A DNA stretch of 64,000 bases from an uncultured Prevotella sp. (GCA_905193385.1 CAJJOL010000009.1:18465-82464), one strand, 5' to 3'. Counted from the first letter of the stretch, positions 1 to 10,493 are shown. Notes: generated by a model not told the origin, from the letters alone. Numbers and translations: made by a program.

Positions 1-828
1 AATGCAGAGATGAGCGGCTTAGGCAAGGAGGTGCGCGAGCGTACCGACGCTCTCGATGCACTCGGCAACACCACCGCAGCCACCGGTAAGGGATTTGCAA
101 TAGGTTCGGCTGCACTCACAGCCCTTGCCCTGCTGGCGTCGTACATCGAAGAGATTAAGATAGCAATGATACGTGCCGTGGACAACGGCAAGCAATATAT
201 CGATGCAGCCGGCAACGTGTTCGACCCGACGAATGCCTCGACCGTCGACTTCATCGAGTTCTTCCAGGTGAACCTAATCAATCCTAAGGTGCTCGTAGGA
301 GCGTTCCTCGGAGCCATGGCAGCATTCCTCTTCTGCGGACTGACTATGGGAGCCGTGGGTCGTGCAGCCGAGTCGATGGTGCAGGAGGTGCGCCGTCAGT
401 TCCGCGAGATAAAAGGTATACTCGAAGGCAAGGCTACGCCCGACTATGGCCGTTGCGTAGAGATAAGCACACGAAGCGCCCAGCGCGAGATGATACTGCC
501 GTCGCTGTTGGCTATCATCATCCCGATTGTTGTAGGACTGGTGCTCGGTGTGGCAGGCGTATTGGGTCTGCTTACGGGTGGACTAGCTGCAGGCTTCACG
601 CTCGCCGTGTTCATGTCCAACTCAGGTGGAGCATGGGACAACGCCAAGAAGATGATAGAGGAGGGCAACTACGGAGGTAAGGGTAGCGAAAACCACAAGG
701 CCACTATCGTAGGCGACACCGTAGGCGATCCGTTCAAGGACACCTCAGGTCCGTCGCTCAACATCCTCATCAAGCTCATGTCGATGGTTAGCATCGTAAT
801 GGCGGGCTTGACAATAGCCGGATTGTAA
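1..828 (+). CDS. hppA: Membrane H+/Na+-translocating pyrophosphatase, C-terminal portion (5' end lies outside the window)
   Basis: Open frame runs to the window edge. Multi-TM protein with the diagnostic motif [23 protein letters not shown] and a glycine-rich TM segment typical of V-type PPases. Confidence 0.85.
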   Translation, partial: NAEMSGLGKEVRERTDALDALGNTTAATGKGFAIGSAALTALALLASYIEEIKIAMIRAVDNGKQYIDAAGNVFDPTNASTVDFIEFFQVNLINPKVLVGAFLGAMAAFLFCGLTMGAVGRAAESMVQEVRRQFREIKGILEGKATPDYGRCVEISTRSAQREMILPSLLAIIIPIVVGLVLGVAGVLGLLTGGLAAGFTLAVFMSNSGGAWDNAKKMIEEGNYGGKGSENHKATIVGDTVGDPFKDTSGPSLNILIKLMSMVSIVMAGLTIAGL

Positions 829-907
829 CAGCCCCAAAACTCACAATTCTTACCCCTTTCCATCCTGCTGGATAGGGGTTGGAATTGGGACTTAAAACTA
901 TACATTT

Positions 908-1013
908 CAAAAAGGACTCCTTTTGCACTCCAAAAGGGGTCCTTTTGCATTCCAAAACGAGTCCTTTTGCTCATCAAAAGGAGTCCTTTTGCAAGCCAAA
1001 AGGAGTCCTTTTG
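908..1013. repeat. Tandem array of ~20-bp near-palindromic units 'CAAAAGGAGTCCTTTTGCA' (family R1, locus 1)
   Basis: Five or six consecutive units are visible directly. The same family recurs at 10212, 12360, 20900 and 33981. It is followed at 1019-1060 by a 2x tandem 'CCATTGTTTTTCCCTTGT'. Confidence 0.85.
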
Positions 1014-1123
1014 AAAAACCATTGTTTTTCCCTTGTAAATCCATTGTTTTTCCCTTGTTTTATCCGACATTTCGAGTGAAAAGATTAGAAGTTCAATTTT
1101 CCTATGACTTGGCAATGCAGATA

Positions 1124-1157
1124 GTAGGAGGCTATGGCGTCCCCGCCATAGCCTGAG
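1124..1157. repeat. Short hairpin repeat 'GGAGGCTATGGCGTCCCCGCCATAGCCTGAG' (family R3, copy 1)
   Basis: Perfect inverted repeat CTATGGCG/CGCCATAG. Near-identical copies at ~31661 and ~33737 (inverted). Confidence 0.8.
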
Positions 1158-1189
1158 CTGTCAGACGATACATTCTTATCATTCGTTTA

Positions 1190-1446
1190 TTGCACCGTTG
1201 CTTGCTCAGGAGGGTGTTTCAAAAGTCACAGCAGTACGCCCCGAAGGGGCAGAAGCCCATAGCCCAGGGCAACACCCTGGGTAAAAGTTTCACAAATACC
1301 AATGCGCCCTGCAAGGGCAAAAGCGTTAGTTATCAATGCTTTTGCCCTTGCAGGGCGTTTTGCTGTTTTCAATCCGTACACCCAAGGCGCTGCCTTGGGC
1401 TATGTGCTTTTGGGGCTTTCAGCCCGCTTTGTTTGACTTTTGACAC
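1190..1446. repeat. ~230-250 bp long-palindrome interspersed element (family R2, copy 1), MITE-like or structured RNA
   Basis: Outer arms GTCAAAAGTCA...TGACTTTTGAC, nested hairpins CCCAGGGCAACACCCTGGG and CCCAAGGCGCTGCCTTGGG, and a central perfect hairpin GCCCTGCAAGGGCAAAAGCG...CGCTTTTGCCCTTGCAGGGC. Copies at 33447-33675 and 34426-34655. Confidence 0.8.
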
Positions 1447-1653
1447 ATCGCCCTCCTACATTTAGACTTTCATTAATACTATTGCCTCGCTCCATATTTC
1501 GCACAAACCTTTTTCACTTGCAAATCCGTTGTTTTCCTCTTGGTTTCAATTTTCGTTGCCGCTTGTGCCGTGCTATGCATAATTAGTTGTATCTTTGCAC
1601 ATAATATCGGTAAAAAGGACGAAACTTACAACAATCATATAAATAAACGACAA

Positions 1654-3846
1654 ATGAAAAGACTACTGCTATTATCTGCTACGACAATCCTTTCAGCGGT
1701 TATGTCGGCACAGACCGTAGAGCGTATGGACAATTTGAAGCCCGAACAGAAGTCGATGGCGATAAGCCTGAAGCTCACTGGCGAACTCTCTACCGACCGT
1801 AAGGGCGACTACCGACAGATGCGCGACCTCTGTTTTCAAGTACGCGACATCGACCTCAGTGACGCTAAGAGCACCGAAATACCAAAGAATGCGTTCCATT
1901 CGCGTCACCAACTCCTCACCATCGTACTGCCTAAGCAGCTGAAGACCATCGGAACTCAGGCCTTTTTCGCTTGCGACAAGTTGCAGAACATCACTATCCC
2001 GGCATCGGTCGAGAGCATCGGTGCTGCCGCTTTTTCGGGCTGTAAGGGCATGACCGAACTAACAATAGAGGGTGCTCCCGTCATCGGCGAATACGCTTTC
2101 GCACGTCTGTCGGGACTGAAGACCGTCAAGCTCAATTCGAAAGTGCCGCCCAAGGCAGACGTTTCTTCATTCTACGGCGTTGAGCCGGGCAGCGTGAAGC
2201 TCATCGTTCCGAAGGGTTCGGAGAAAGCTTATATGAAGGCTGCCGGATGGAGCCGATTCTATGCCCAGCCGAAGATGGCTAAGGAAGTGAGCGACCCGAC
2301 ATTGTGCCTCACCCCAATGCCGCAGACTCTGACCGTTCAGAAGGGTGCCAAGGCACTCAATGTGCATACCGCCTGGAACATCTTTGTAGCACATATGGAC
2401 GGTGACGGAACTGTGCTGAACAACGAAGTGGAGCGTGCCCGCGAGATGCTCACTGACCGTATAGGCAACATCGTGAACAGCCGTCAGCGTGGATTGCAGC
2501 TCGTTCTCGACATCGACCAGTCGCTCGACGACGACGAAGCATACACTCTTGCTGTCGATTCCAAGGGCGTGAACATCAAGGGCAAGACTCCGCGCGGCGT
2601 GTTCTGGGGACTGATGACTCTCGACCAGATTCTGCTCGGTTCGGGCAACAAGGAGTGTGTCGACGCTATTCCGCAACTCACCATCAAGGATACACCTCGC
2701 ACTCATGTGCGCGAATTGATGGTTGACCCTGCACGAACGTTCATTCCGCTCGACGAGCTGAAGGCTTTCATCCCCGAAATGGCTCGCTACAAGCTCAACG
2801 CATTGCACCTGCACCTCGTAGACGACCAGGCTTGGCGCATAGAGATTAAGAAATATCCGCAGCTTACGGCTCAGGCTTCATCGCGTTGGGGCCAGGACGA
2901 CCTGCTGATGCCCTACAAGGGCTATTACACTCAGCAGCAAATGCGCGACTTGGTGAAGTTCGCCGCACAGTATCACGTAGAGATTGTGCCCGAAATAGAG
3001 ATGCCCGGACATGAGGTTGCAGCCATCAGCGTGTTCCCCGAACTTACTTGTCACCAGCGCCAGGTGCCCATCCGTACCACATGTGGCGTTTCTAACGAGC
3101 TGCTTTGCCCCGGCAATGACTTCACATACGAGTTCTTGGGCAATGTGTTCAAGGAGATTGCCGACATATTCCCGTCAAAATATATCCACCTCGGAGGCGA
3201 TGAGGCTGGCAATCCGGCGCTCGACTGCTGGACCGACTGCCCCAAATGCCAGGCTCTGAAGAAGAAACTCGGCATCACAACAACCGACCGTTCGGAGAAC
3301 TGGAAGCTGCAGGGATATATGTTCGACCGCGTTATCGAACTCCTGCGCGACACTTATCACAAAACTCCGATGTTCTGGTATGAGACCGACTTCAAGAAAA
3401 TCCAGCCGGGATGCGTCACCTTCGCTTGGCGCAACGGACTCACCGACAAGGCTCTGCAGGCTGCCGTTGAGAACAATGCACGCATCATGCTCTGCCCAGG
3501 CGAGCATTGCTACTTCGACTATCCGATGGCTAAGGGCGACATGCCTGAGGTGAACTGGGGTATGCCCGTAACTTCGCTCAAGGCTACATACGCTCTCGAT
3601 CCGGCTTGGGGACACGACAAGAAGTTTGAAGAGAACAATCTTTTCGGTGTTGCCGGAACGCTCTGGAGCGAGTGCATCATATCGCCCGAGCGCATATACT
3701 ATCAGGCTTATCCGCGCTCTATCGCTCTGGCTGAGGCAGGATGGAGCCAGCAGCAGAACCGTTCGTGGGAGTCGTTCATCAAGCGCATGCGTCCGTTGGC
3801 TAAGGATATGATGCGCCGTGGTGTGACTTTCTCAATGGAATACTAA
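1654..3846 (+). CDS. Beta-N-acetylhexosaminidase, GH20 family, with N-terminal leucine-rich-repeat (BspA-like) region and signal peptide
   Basis: GH20 catalytic motifs HLHLVDDQAWRIEIKKYP, IPEIEMPGH and HLGGDEA. N-terminal MKRLLLLSATTILSAVMSAQ signal peptide. Start chosen at the internal ATG that precedes the signal peptide. Confidence 0.85.
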   Translation: MKRLLLLSATTILSAVMSAQTVERMDNLKPEQKSMAISLKLTGELSTDRKGDYRQMRDLCFQVRDIDLSDAKSTEIPKNAFHSRHQLLTIVLPKQLKTIGTQAFFACDKLQNITIPASVESIGAAAFSGCKGMTELTIEGAPVIGEYAFARLSGLKTVKLNSKVPPKADVSSFYGVEPGSVKLIVPKGSEKAYMKAAGWSRFYAQPKMAKEVSDPTLCLTPMPQTLTVQKGAKALNVHTAWNIFVAHMDGDGTVLNNEVERAREMLTDRIGNIVNSRQRGLQLVLDIDQSLDDDEAYTLAVDSKGVNIKGKTPRGVFWGLMTLDQILLGSGNKECVDAIPQLTIKDTPRTHVRELMVDPARTFIPLDELKAFIPEMARYKLNALHLHLVDDQAWRIEIKKYPQLTAQASSRWGQDDLLMPYKGYYTQQQMRDLVKFAAQYHVEIVPEIEMPGHEVAAISVFPELTCHQRQVPIRTTCGVSNELLCPGNDFTYEFLGNVFKEIADIFPSKYIHLGGDEAGNPALDCWTDCPKCQALKKKLGITTTDRSENWKLQGYMFDRVIELLRDTYHKTPMFWYETDFKKIQPGCVTFAWRNGLTDKALQAAVENNARIMLCPGEHCYFDYPMAKGDMPEVNWGMPVTSLKATYALDPAWGHDKKFEENNLFGVAGTLWSECIISPERIYYQAYPRSIALAEAGWSQQQNRSWESFIKRMRPLAKDMMRRGVTFSMEY

Positions 3847-3871
3847 TCAAACTTAAACGTTAATAATCAGA

Positions 3872-4918
3872 ATGAACATCAAGACTGTAATCTTGTCATC
3901 GGCTGTCGTTATGGCTGCCATGACCACTAATGCCTTTGCCGCACAGAAGAAAACGGCAAAGGCCAACAAGAATCTCACGGCTCAGATTGAAGCCGGTATG
4001 CAATCAATAACCGAGGATGCAGCGCGCGCTCATGTGTGTTTCCTCGCCGATGACCTGCTTGAGGGCAGACGTGCGGGCGAACGTGGCTCGCGTATTGCCA
4101 AGCAGTACATCATTTCGCAGATACGTCAGGCTGGACTGAAGCCTCTGTTGGGCGATTCGTACGAACAGCCGTTTGAAGCATGTGCAGTACAGAAATTGAA
4201 GCGTGGCGTGCGTTTCTATGTCAATGCCGACTCGATTGCCAATATTAAGAAAGGTGTATATCGGTCGATGGCGCTTAGTAATGTGCTCGCTGTGTTGCCT
4301 GGCAAGAAGACCGACGAGTATGTTGTGGTGGGCGCTCATCTTGATCATGAGGGCGTGTACAACGACGTGGCTGGCGACAAGATATACAACGGAGCCGACG
4401 ACAATGCTTCGGGCGTGGCTGCCGTGTTGCAGATTATGAAAGCCTTTGTAGCAAGTGGAGTGCAGCCCGAACGCACAGTAGTGTTCGCTTTCTGGGACGG
4501 CGAGGAGTTTGGACTGCTCGGTTCGCAATACTTCACCGACCACTTCGCAGAAATGTCGAAGGTGAAGGGCTATCTCAACTTCGACATGGTGGGCAGCGGT
4601 ACAAGCAGCAAGTATCTGATGTACTTCTTCACTGCGGCTCATCCCAAACTGGGCGAGTGGCTCAAGAACGATATCAATAAATATCACTTCAGCACTTTCG
4701 AGCCCGACTATCGTGCTTGGGAGAATCCCGTTGGCGGCAGCGACCAGCAGTCGTTCCATCTGAAGGGAGTGCCTATCGTGTGGTTTCACACTGGCGGACA
4801 GCCTCACTACAACCAGCCGTCAGACGAAGCGTCGACCATAAACTATCCGAAGCTTACGGACATAACACGCGCTTCATATCTCACAACTTGGCATTTGTCT
4901 AATGAAGCGGAATATTAG
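3872..4918 (+). CDS. M28 family zinc aminopeptidase, secreted
   Basis: Signal peptide. M28 metal-binding motifs VVGAHLDHEG, GADDNASGVAAVLQIMKAF and FWDGEEFGLLGS. Confidence 0.8.
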   Translation: MNIKTVILSSAVVMAAMTTNAFAAQKKTAKANKNLTAQIEAGMQSITEDAARAHVCFLADDLLEGRRAGERGSRIAKQYIISQIRQAGLKPLLGDSYEQPFEACAVQKLKRGVRFYVNADSIANIKKGVYRSMALSNVLAVLPGKKTDEYVVVGAHLDHEGVYNDVAGDKIYNGADDNASGVAAVLQIMKAFVASGVQPERTVVFAFWDGEEFGLLGSQYFTDHFAEMSKVKGYLNFDMVGSGTSSKYLMYFFTAAHPKLGEWLKNDINKYHFSTFEPDYRAWENPVGGSDQQSFHLKGVPIVWFHTGGQPHYNQPSDEASTINYPKLTDITRASYLTTWHLSNEAEY

Positions 4919-5050
4919 TTGAAAGTTGAGAGAAGTATCATTGAAAGTTGAGAGTTGAAAGTTGAGAGTTATGATATGTATAGTTGATTATATTTCAAAA
5001 CTATAATTATAAATGGTAATCATAACTCTCAATTCTCAACTCTCAATTTT
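4919..5050. terminator. Long (~34-bp stem) inverted repeat between convergent genes; probable bidirectional terminator
   Basis: TTGAAAGTTGAGAGTTGAAAGTTGAGAGTTATGA ...loop... TCATAACTCTCAATTCTCAACTCTCAATTTTCAA. Arms themselves contain tandem 'TTGAGAGTTGAAAG' units. Confidence 0.6.
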
Positions 5051-5053
5051 CAA

Positions 5054-5629
5054 TTAGTAAAGCAGCATCAGTCCGGCAAACGCCGCCCAGCATATCATTC
5101 GTATAGGGTTGATTTTTAACGCCATTGTACCAATGAGTGTGGCTGTGAAAATATAAATGCTGATGCCGAAATACCAGGGGTTTATTGACGGTGCCGAGAA
5201 ATTCTCGCTGTTCATTAACAGCAATGCGGCGGCGGCAATAAGCCCCACTACAGCCGGGCGCAGACCCGACATGATGCTTTGCACCATCATTGAGTTCATG
5301 TATTTCATGAACAACCGACTAATCATAATCATAAGAATGAACGACGGTAGTACCAGTGCCAGTGTGGCAGTGGCGCTGCCCAGCACAGCCATTGTCTCGC
5401 CCATGGCAGCATTATGTACAGCAGTGTATCCGCAATAGGTAGCGGCATTGATGCCGATGGGGCCTGGCGTCATCTGGCTTATTGCTACAATGTTGGCAAA
5501 TTCGGCTGATGTCATCCACGCGTTGTGCGTCACCGTCTCGCTCTGAATGAGCGACAGCATTCCGTAACCGCCTCCAAATCCGAATAGACCGATCTTGAAG
5601 AAGGTGAAAAAGAGTTTCAGAAATATCAT
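5054..5629 (-). CDS. chrA: Chromate transporter ChrA, C-terminal half-size paralog
   Basis: FFKIGLFGFGGGYGMLSLIQSE motif of the CHR family. ATGA start/stop overlap with the upstream half. Multi-TM. Confidence 0.75.
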   Translation of the reverse strand: MIFLKLFFTFFKIGLFGFGGGYGMLSLIQSETVTHNAWMTSAEFANIVAISQMTPGPIGINAATYCGYTAVHNAAMGETMAVLGSATATLALVLPSFILMIMISRLFMKYMNSMMVQSIMSGLRPAVVGLIAAAALLLMNSENFSAPSINPWYFGISIYIFTATLIGTMALKINPIRMICWAAFAGLMLLY

Positions 5630-6162
5630 TCGGTTGGTTTTATTAATAGTCCATACAAATATCCGCACATTCCAGCTGCGGTAAGAACGAAGATAGGATT
5701 CACTTCAAGCAGCCATATAAGCAGCGCGCAGGCTATAGGAATCCAGCAGTTTATCCATGTGATACGGGCTGCACGACCCATGCTGAACACCGGTGCGCAT
5801 ATCAAAGCGACTACAGCCGGGCGTATGCCGTTGAATATGGAGCGTACCACTTCGTTGTCTTGAAACTGATGGAAGAACATGGCTATGAGCAATATTATCA
5901 CGAACGACGGCAGTGCAACGCCCAATGTGGCGCACACGGCACCTCCCATCTTGCGCAGCTTGTAGCCTATATACACGCTCATGTTCACAGCCAAAGCTCC
6001 GGGACACGTCTGTGCCACGGCTATAAGGTCGAGAAAATCCTTGCGATCCATCCATTTATGACGGTCTACTATCTCCGATTCAATCTGCGGAATCATAGCA
6101 TAACCGCCGCCAAGAGTGAAAAATCCTATTTTAAAAAAGATACGGAATAAATTGATGTACAT
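5626..6162 (-). CDS. chrA: Chromate transporter ChrA, N-terminal half-size paralog
   Basis: FFKIGFFTLGGGYAMIPQIESE CHR-family motif. Paired with the downstream half, a split chrA arrangement. Confidence 0.75.
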   Translation of the reverse strand: MYINLFRIFFKIGFFTLGGGYAMIPQIESEIVDRHKWMDRKDFLDLIAVAQTCPGALAVNMSVYIGYKLRKMGGAVCATLGVALPSFVIILLIAMFFHQFQDNEVVRSIFNGIRPAVVALICAPVFSMGRAARITWINCWIPIACALLIWLLEVNPIFVLTAAGMCGYLYGLLIKPTE

Positions 6163-6180
6163 ATAAAAACCATTCCATAA

Positions 6181-6251
6181 ACAGAAAAAGCCCCACTCCC
6201 AACAGACGGTATTGACATACCGCTCCCTCCCTTCTGGGGAGGGTTGGGAGT
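6181..6251. terminator. GC-rich nested hairpin (family R4) downstream of purL
   Basis: AAAGCCCCACTCCCAAC...GGTTGGGAGTGGGGCTTT with inner CCCTCCCTTCTGGGGAGGG. Related to R4 copies at 20625, 21055 and 31592. Confidence 0.6.
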
Positions 6252-6264
6252 GGGGCTTTATTAA

Positions 6265-9200
6265 TTATTTATTGTTCTCAATCCACTTGCGTGCATTGAC
6301 GAATGCCTCAATCCAAGGTGTAACGTCGTCCTGACGACGCTCGGCAGGATACCAAGCGTTCTGCCATGGGAAGATGGCGCGCTCCAAGTGGGGCATCATT
6401 GCCAAATGACGGCCGTCGGCTGAGCATATACCAGCTACGTTATAGTCTGATCCGTTCGGGTTGCCAGGATACTCTGCGTAGTTGTAGCGAGCCACAACGT
6501 TGTACTTGTCCTCAGCCTCAGGCAATGAGAACTTGCCCTCGCCGTGAGCCACCCAGATGCCGAGTTTGTCGCCACTGAGTGAAGAGAACATCACGCTGTT
6601 GTTCTGCGGAATCTCCAAACCGAGGAATGTGCTCTCAAACTTGTGCGAGTTGTTGTGCAGCATACGTGTGCGGTGCTCGTGCTCAGGATTGATAAGGTTG
6701 AGCTCAACCATAAGCTGGCAGCCGTTGCAGATACCCAATGACAGGGTGTCCTTGCGTGCATAGAACTTGTCGAGAGCCTCCTTTGCCTTCGGATTGAAGA
6801 GGAATGCACCTGCCCAACCCTTAGCCGAACCAAGCACGTCGGAGTTAGAGAAGCCGCCACAGAATACTATCATGTTGACGTCTTCGAGTGTCTCGCGGCC
6901 GGTGATGAGGTCGGTCATCATCACGTCCTTAACGTCGAAGCCTGCAAGATAGAGCGAGTATGCCATCTCACGCTCGCCGTTTGTACCCTTCTCACGGATG
7001 ATAGCAGCCTTGATGCCCGACGCTGTGCGACGGTCGGCAGATATTCCGTAGCTATCGAGTGAGCCCTTGAACGAGTCGTGGAACTTCATTTCTACAGGCT
7101 GCTTCTTGTAGTTGTCGCGGCGTTTTGCAGCACAACCGTTGAAGCTCTGGTCGCGGTCGAGCAGGTAAGAGGTCTTGAACCATGTGTCGCGCAGAGCGTC
7201 GATGTCGAAGGTGTGAGTGTATTCGTCCTTCTTGATGACGATGGTGCGCTCTGAAGGAGTGGGATAACCGATCTTTGCATAGCCGATACCGTTCTCCTCC
7301 ATGTAGTCCTTGAACTCCTCCTTGTACTTGTCTGAAACCTGGATAACAACGCCCGGGTTCTCGGCAAGGAGCATCTTGATGATGTCGTTGCCTGCAAGGC
7401 TGTGCAGGTTGATGTGCATACCGCCCTCAGTATTAGCGAAGCACATCTCGAGCAATGTTGTAATCAGACCGCCGGCAGAGATGTCGTGACCTGCCATAAT
7501 CCAACCCTTCTCGATCATTTCCTGAACTGCGTTGAAGCAGTCGGCGAAGTATTCGGGGTTCTTTACGGTAGGAACGTCGTCGCCAACGAATCCGAGGCTC
7601 TGTGCAAAGGCACTGCCGCCAAGACGCTGCTCGTCGAACGAGAAGTCAATATGATAGAGTGAAGAGTTCTTATCGTTTACCAATACGGGCGAAACAACCT
7701 TGCGTATGTCCGAAACCTCGCCACCTGCGCTTACGATAACGGTGCCCGGAGCGATGATCTTCTCGCCGTTGGGATACTGCTGTGTAAGCGACAGCGAGTC
7801 TTTACCGGTCGGAACGTTAATCTTCAAGTCGATACAGAACTCGCTCAGTGCCTTAACGGCGCTGTAAAGACGAGCGTCTTCGCCCTTCTGCGAGCGGCAA
7901 GGCCACATCCAGTTGGCTGAAAGCGAAAGGCTGTTCATGCCGTCGGCAAGAGGAGCCCAAACGATATTGGTGAGAGCCTCGGCTACAGAGAGAACCGAAC
8001 CAGCTTCAGGTGAAGCCAAACCAGCCTGCGGAGCATGACCAAGAGCGGTAGCGATACCCTTCTTTCCACGATAGTCGAGAGCCACAACGCCGCAGTCTGA
8101 CAGCGGCAGCTGAATCTGGCCCTGGCACTGCTGACGTGCAATCTTACCCGTTACCGAACGGTCTACCTTGTTGGTCAACCAGTCCTTACATGCCACAGCC
8201 TCAAGTTGCAGCACGCGGCTGACGTACTTGTCGAGTACATCGTCCTTACCGTTCTCTGATGTTTCTTCGTGAGTATACTCGGCATTCTTATAGTGACGCT
8301 CTACAGTTTCGTCGCGCATGATGGTCTTGGGTGAGTGACCGAACATCTGAGCAACGTCCAAGTCGAACGGCTTAACGCCGTCGCCCTGCTTGAATGAGAA
8401 GTGGGCGTCGCCCGTTGTTTCACCTACTACATACAGCGGAGCACGCTCGCGCTCTGCAATACGGCGTACGTGGTCGATGTGCTTCTCGTCGATGAGCAGG
8501 CCCATACGCTCCTGGCTCTCGTTGGCGATAATCTCCTTAGCCGAGAGAGTCTTGTCGCCAATAGGCAGTTTGGTCATGTCAATCTCGCCACCGCACTCCT
8601 CTACGAGCTCCGAGAGGCAGTTGAGGTGACCAGCCGAACCGTGGTCGTGTATAGAAACTACAGGGTTTACATCCTCCTCGCACAATGCGCGAACGAGGTT
8701 GTAGGCACGTTTCTGCATCTCAGGGTTAGCACGCTGAACGGCGTTCAGCTCGATACCGTTGCTGTAACGGCCGGTGTCTACTGACGAAACCGAACCGCCA
8801 CCGAGACCGATGCGATAGTTGTCGCCACCAACAACGACAACCTTGTTGCCCTTCTGCGGCTCCTTCTTCAGGCAGTCGCGCTTTGTGCCGTAGCCTACAC
8901 CGCCTGCAAGCATGATGACTTTGTCGTAAGCATACTTCTCAGCGCCCTCCTGATGCTCGAAGGTGAGCACCGAACCGGTGATAAGCGGCTGTCCGAACTT
9001 GTTGCCGAAGTCGCTTGCTCCGTTCGAAGCCTTGATAAGAATCTGCTCCGGAGTCTGATAAAGCCACTTGCGGACGGGCATGATGTCCTCCCAGTCGCGT
9101 GTCTGGTTGTCGTCGTCATGAAGACGCGGATAGGCTGTCATGTACACAGCTGTACCGGCGATAGGCCATGAACCAACGCCACCGCCCATACGGTCGCGAA

Positions 9201-10005
9201 TCTCACCGCCCGTACCTGTAGCGGCACCGTTGAACGGCTCCACGGTAGTAGGGAAGTTGTGAGTCTCAGCCTTGAGCGAGATGACGCTCTCGATGTCCTT
9301 CACCTGGAAGTAGTCGCTTGTAGACTGGTCCTTCGGAGCGAACTGCTCTACGACCGGACCCTGTGCGAAAGCCACATTATCTTTATAAGCAGAGAGAATC
9401 TTGTTGGGGTTCTCCTTGGTGGTCTGCTTGATCATTGCAAACAGCGACGACTCCATTTCCTTGCCGTCGATGATGAATGTACCGCCGAATATCTTGTGGC
9501 GGCAATGCTCAGAGTTGATCTGTGCGAAACCGAATATTTCAGAGTCTGTAAGCGGACGGCCCAATTCCTTCTCTATCTTATGGAGATATTCAATCTCTTC
9601 AGCCGACAGAGCCAGACCCTCCTGCTCGTTGTATTCCTCGATGTTCTCCACGCGCTTGATAGGCTCAGGCTGGTGGTTAACGGTGAAGATGTCCTGGTTC
9701 AGACCCTCGTACATGCGCTGAAGCATAGGGTCGTGGTCGGCATCTTTCGAGTCGACGGGGAAGTACTCCTCTATACGCGAAATGCCGTGGAGGCTCATAT
9801 TCTGAGTTATCTCTACGGCATTCGTACTCCATGGAGTAATCATTTCGCGGCGTGGGCCCACGAAGAAGCCCTCGACGGTCTCACCCTCTATGAGTGTAGC
9901 ACCGCCGTACAGCCAACACAGTTCATTGATCTCATCTTGTGAGAGCTGGTGATCCACTTCTGTAGCGATCACGCTCTTGCTTGGAGTCATGAAAAATAAA
10001 ATCAT
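6265..10005 (-). CDS. purL: Phosphoribosylformylglycinamidine synthase, single-chain large form
   Basis: 1246-aa ORF with AIR-synthase-related domains and a C-terminal class I glutaminase (LGICNGCQLM, catalytic Cys). Length matches large PurL. Confidence 0.9.
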   Translation of the reverse strand: MILFFMTPSKSVIATEVDHQLSQDEINELCWLYGGATLIEGETVEGFFVGPRREMITPWSTNAVEITQNMSLHGISRIEEYFPVDSKDADHDPMLQRMYEGLNQDIFTVNHQPEPIKRVENIEEYNEQEGLALSAEEIEYLHKIEKELGRPLTDSEIFGFAQINSEHCRHKIFGGTFIIDGKEMESSLFAMIKQTTKENPNKILSAYKDNVAFAQGPVVEQFAPKDQSTSDYFQVKDIESVISLKAETHNFPTTVEPFNGAATGTGGEIRDRMGGGVGSWPIAGTAVYMTAYPRLHDDDNQTRDWEDIMPVRKWLYQTPEQILIKASNGASDFGNKFGQPLITGSVLTFEHQEGAEKYAYDKVIMLAGGVGYGTKRDCLKKEPQKGNKVVVVGGDNYRIGLGGGSVSSVDTGRYSNGIELNAVQRANPEMQKRAYNLVRALCEEDVNPVVSIHDHGSAGHLNCLSELVEECGGEIDMTKLPIGDKTLSAKEIIANESQERMGLLIDEKHIDHVRRIAERERAPLYVVGETTGDAHFSFKQGDGVKPFDLDVAQMFGHSPKTIMRDETVERHYKNAEYTHEETSENGKDDVLDKYVSRVLQLEAVACKDWLTNKVDRSVTGKIARQQCQGQIQLPLSDCGVVALDYRGKKGIATALGHAPQAGLASPEAGSVLSVAEALTNIVWAPLADGMNSLSLSANWMWPCRSQKGEDARLYSAVKALSEFCIDLKINVPTGKDSLSLTQQYPNGEKIIAPGTVIVSAGGEVSDIRKVVSPVLVNDKNSSLYHIDFSFDEQRLGGSAFAQSLGFVGDDVPTVKNPEYFADCFNAVQEMIEKGWIMAGHDISAGGLITTLLEMCFANTEGGMHINLHSLAGNDIIKMLLAENPGVVIQVSDKYKEEFKDYMEENGIGYAKIGYPTPSERTIVIKKDEYTHTFDIDALRDTWFKTSYLLDRDQSFNGCAAKRRDNYKKQPVEMKFHDSFKGSLDSYGISADRRTASGIKAAIIREKGTNGEREMAYSLYLAGFDVKDVMMTDLITGRETLEDVNMIVFCGGFSNSDVLGSAKGWAGAFLFNPKAKEALDKFYARKDTLSLGICNGCQLMVELNLINPEHEHRTRMLHNNSHKFESTFLGLEIPQNNSVMFSSLSGDKLGIWVAHGEGKFSLPEAEDKYNVVARYNYAEYPGNPNGSDYNVAGICSADGRHLAMMPHLERAIFPWQNAWYPAERRQDDVTPWIEAFVNARKWIENNK

Positions 10006-10045
10006 ACTGCTTGTATATGTGTTTTGATTTGAATTCTATCGTTTG

Positions 10046-10053
10046 CAAAGTTA
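10046..10053 (-). promoter_or_regulatory. Bacteroides-type -7 promoter box TAnnTTTG (TAACTTTG) for purL
   Basis: Reverse complement of CAAAGTTA lies ~40 nt upstream of the purL start. Consensus known from the Bacteroides sigma-ABfr promoters. Confidence 0.45.
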
Positions 10054-10211
10054 CTACTTTTTAATCGAATGTATACCGATTTATATTATTATTTATTTTA
10101 TTTCATCGTTTTTCCTTCTCTTAGCAATCCAAAAACAGCTAAAACGCCAATCAAAAACAGCTAAAACACCTATATAATAAGGTGGTTTCACGGAATAATT
10201 CACCATGGTTT

Positions 10212-10317
10212 TCAAATGTAGTCCTTTTGCCTTCCAAAAGGACTCCTTTTACACTCCAAAAGGACTCCTTTTGCACATCAAAACGAGTCCTTTTTAAGGG
10301 CAAAACGAGTCCTTTTG
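10212..10317. repeat. R1 'AAAAGGAGTCCTTTTGCA' palindromic tandem array, locus 2
   Basis: Units TAGTCCTTTTGCCTTCCAAAAGGACTCCTTTTACACTCCAAAAGGACTCCTTTTGCACATCAAAACGAGTCCTTTT... read directly. Confidence 0.85.
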
Positions 10318-10485
10318 AAAATGAGGGAATGAAATCTCTGTTTTCAGACAAATAAAACCAAAATTTCTGACAAATTCATACCGAAACCTTGCACAAAACC
10401 TTTTGTTTGTGCAAGGTTTTGTACTTTTTCTGTTAATAGACCTTAAATAAGTATTTGTTTGTACGGAAGAATAGAACAATCTGAT

Positions 10486-10493
10486 TACCTTTG
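10486..10493 (+). promoter_or_regulatory. -7 promoter box TACCTTTG upstream of OMP gene
   Basis: TAnnTTTG match ~32 nt before the ATG at 10525. Confidence 0.45.

Noticed and set aside
879-1156. 66-148 aa ORFs over the R1 repeat array near 0.9-1.1 kb (and analogous ones at 10.2 kb and 34.0 kb)
   Set aside because: Translations are periodic (KGVLL/SPF repeats), mirroring the 20-bp DNA repeat on both strands. Repeat artefacts.
4004-4807. 267-aa minus-strand ORF inside the M28 peptidase gene
   Set aside because: Antisense shadow. The M28 zinc-binding motifs lie on the + frame.
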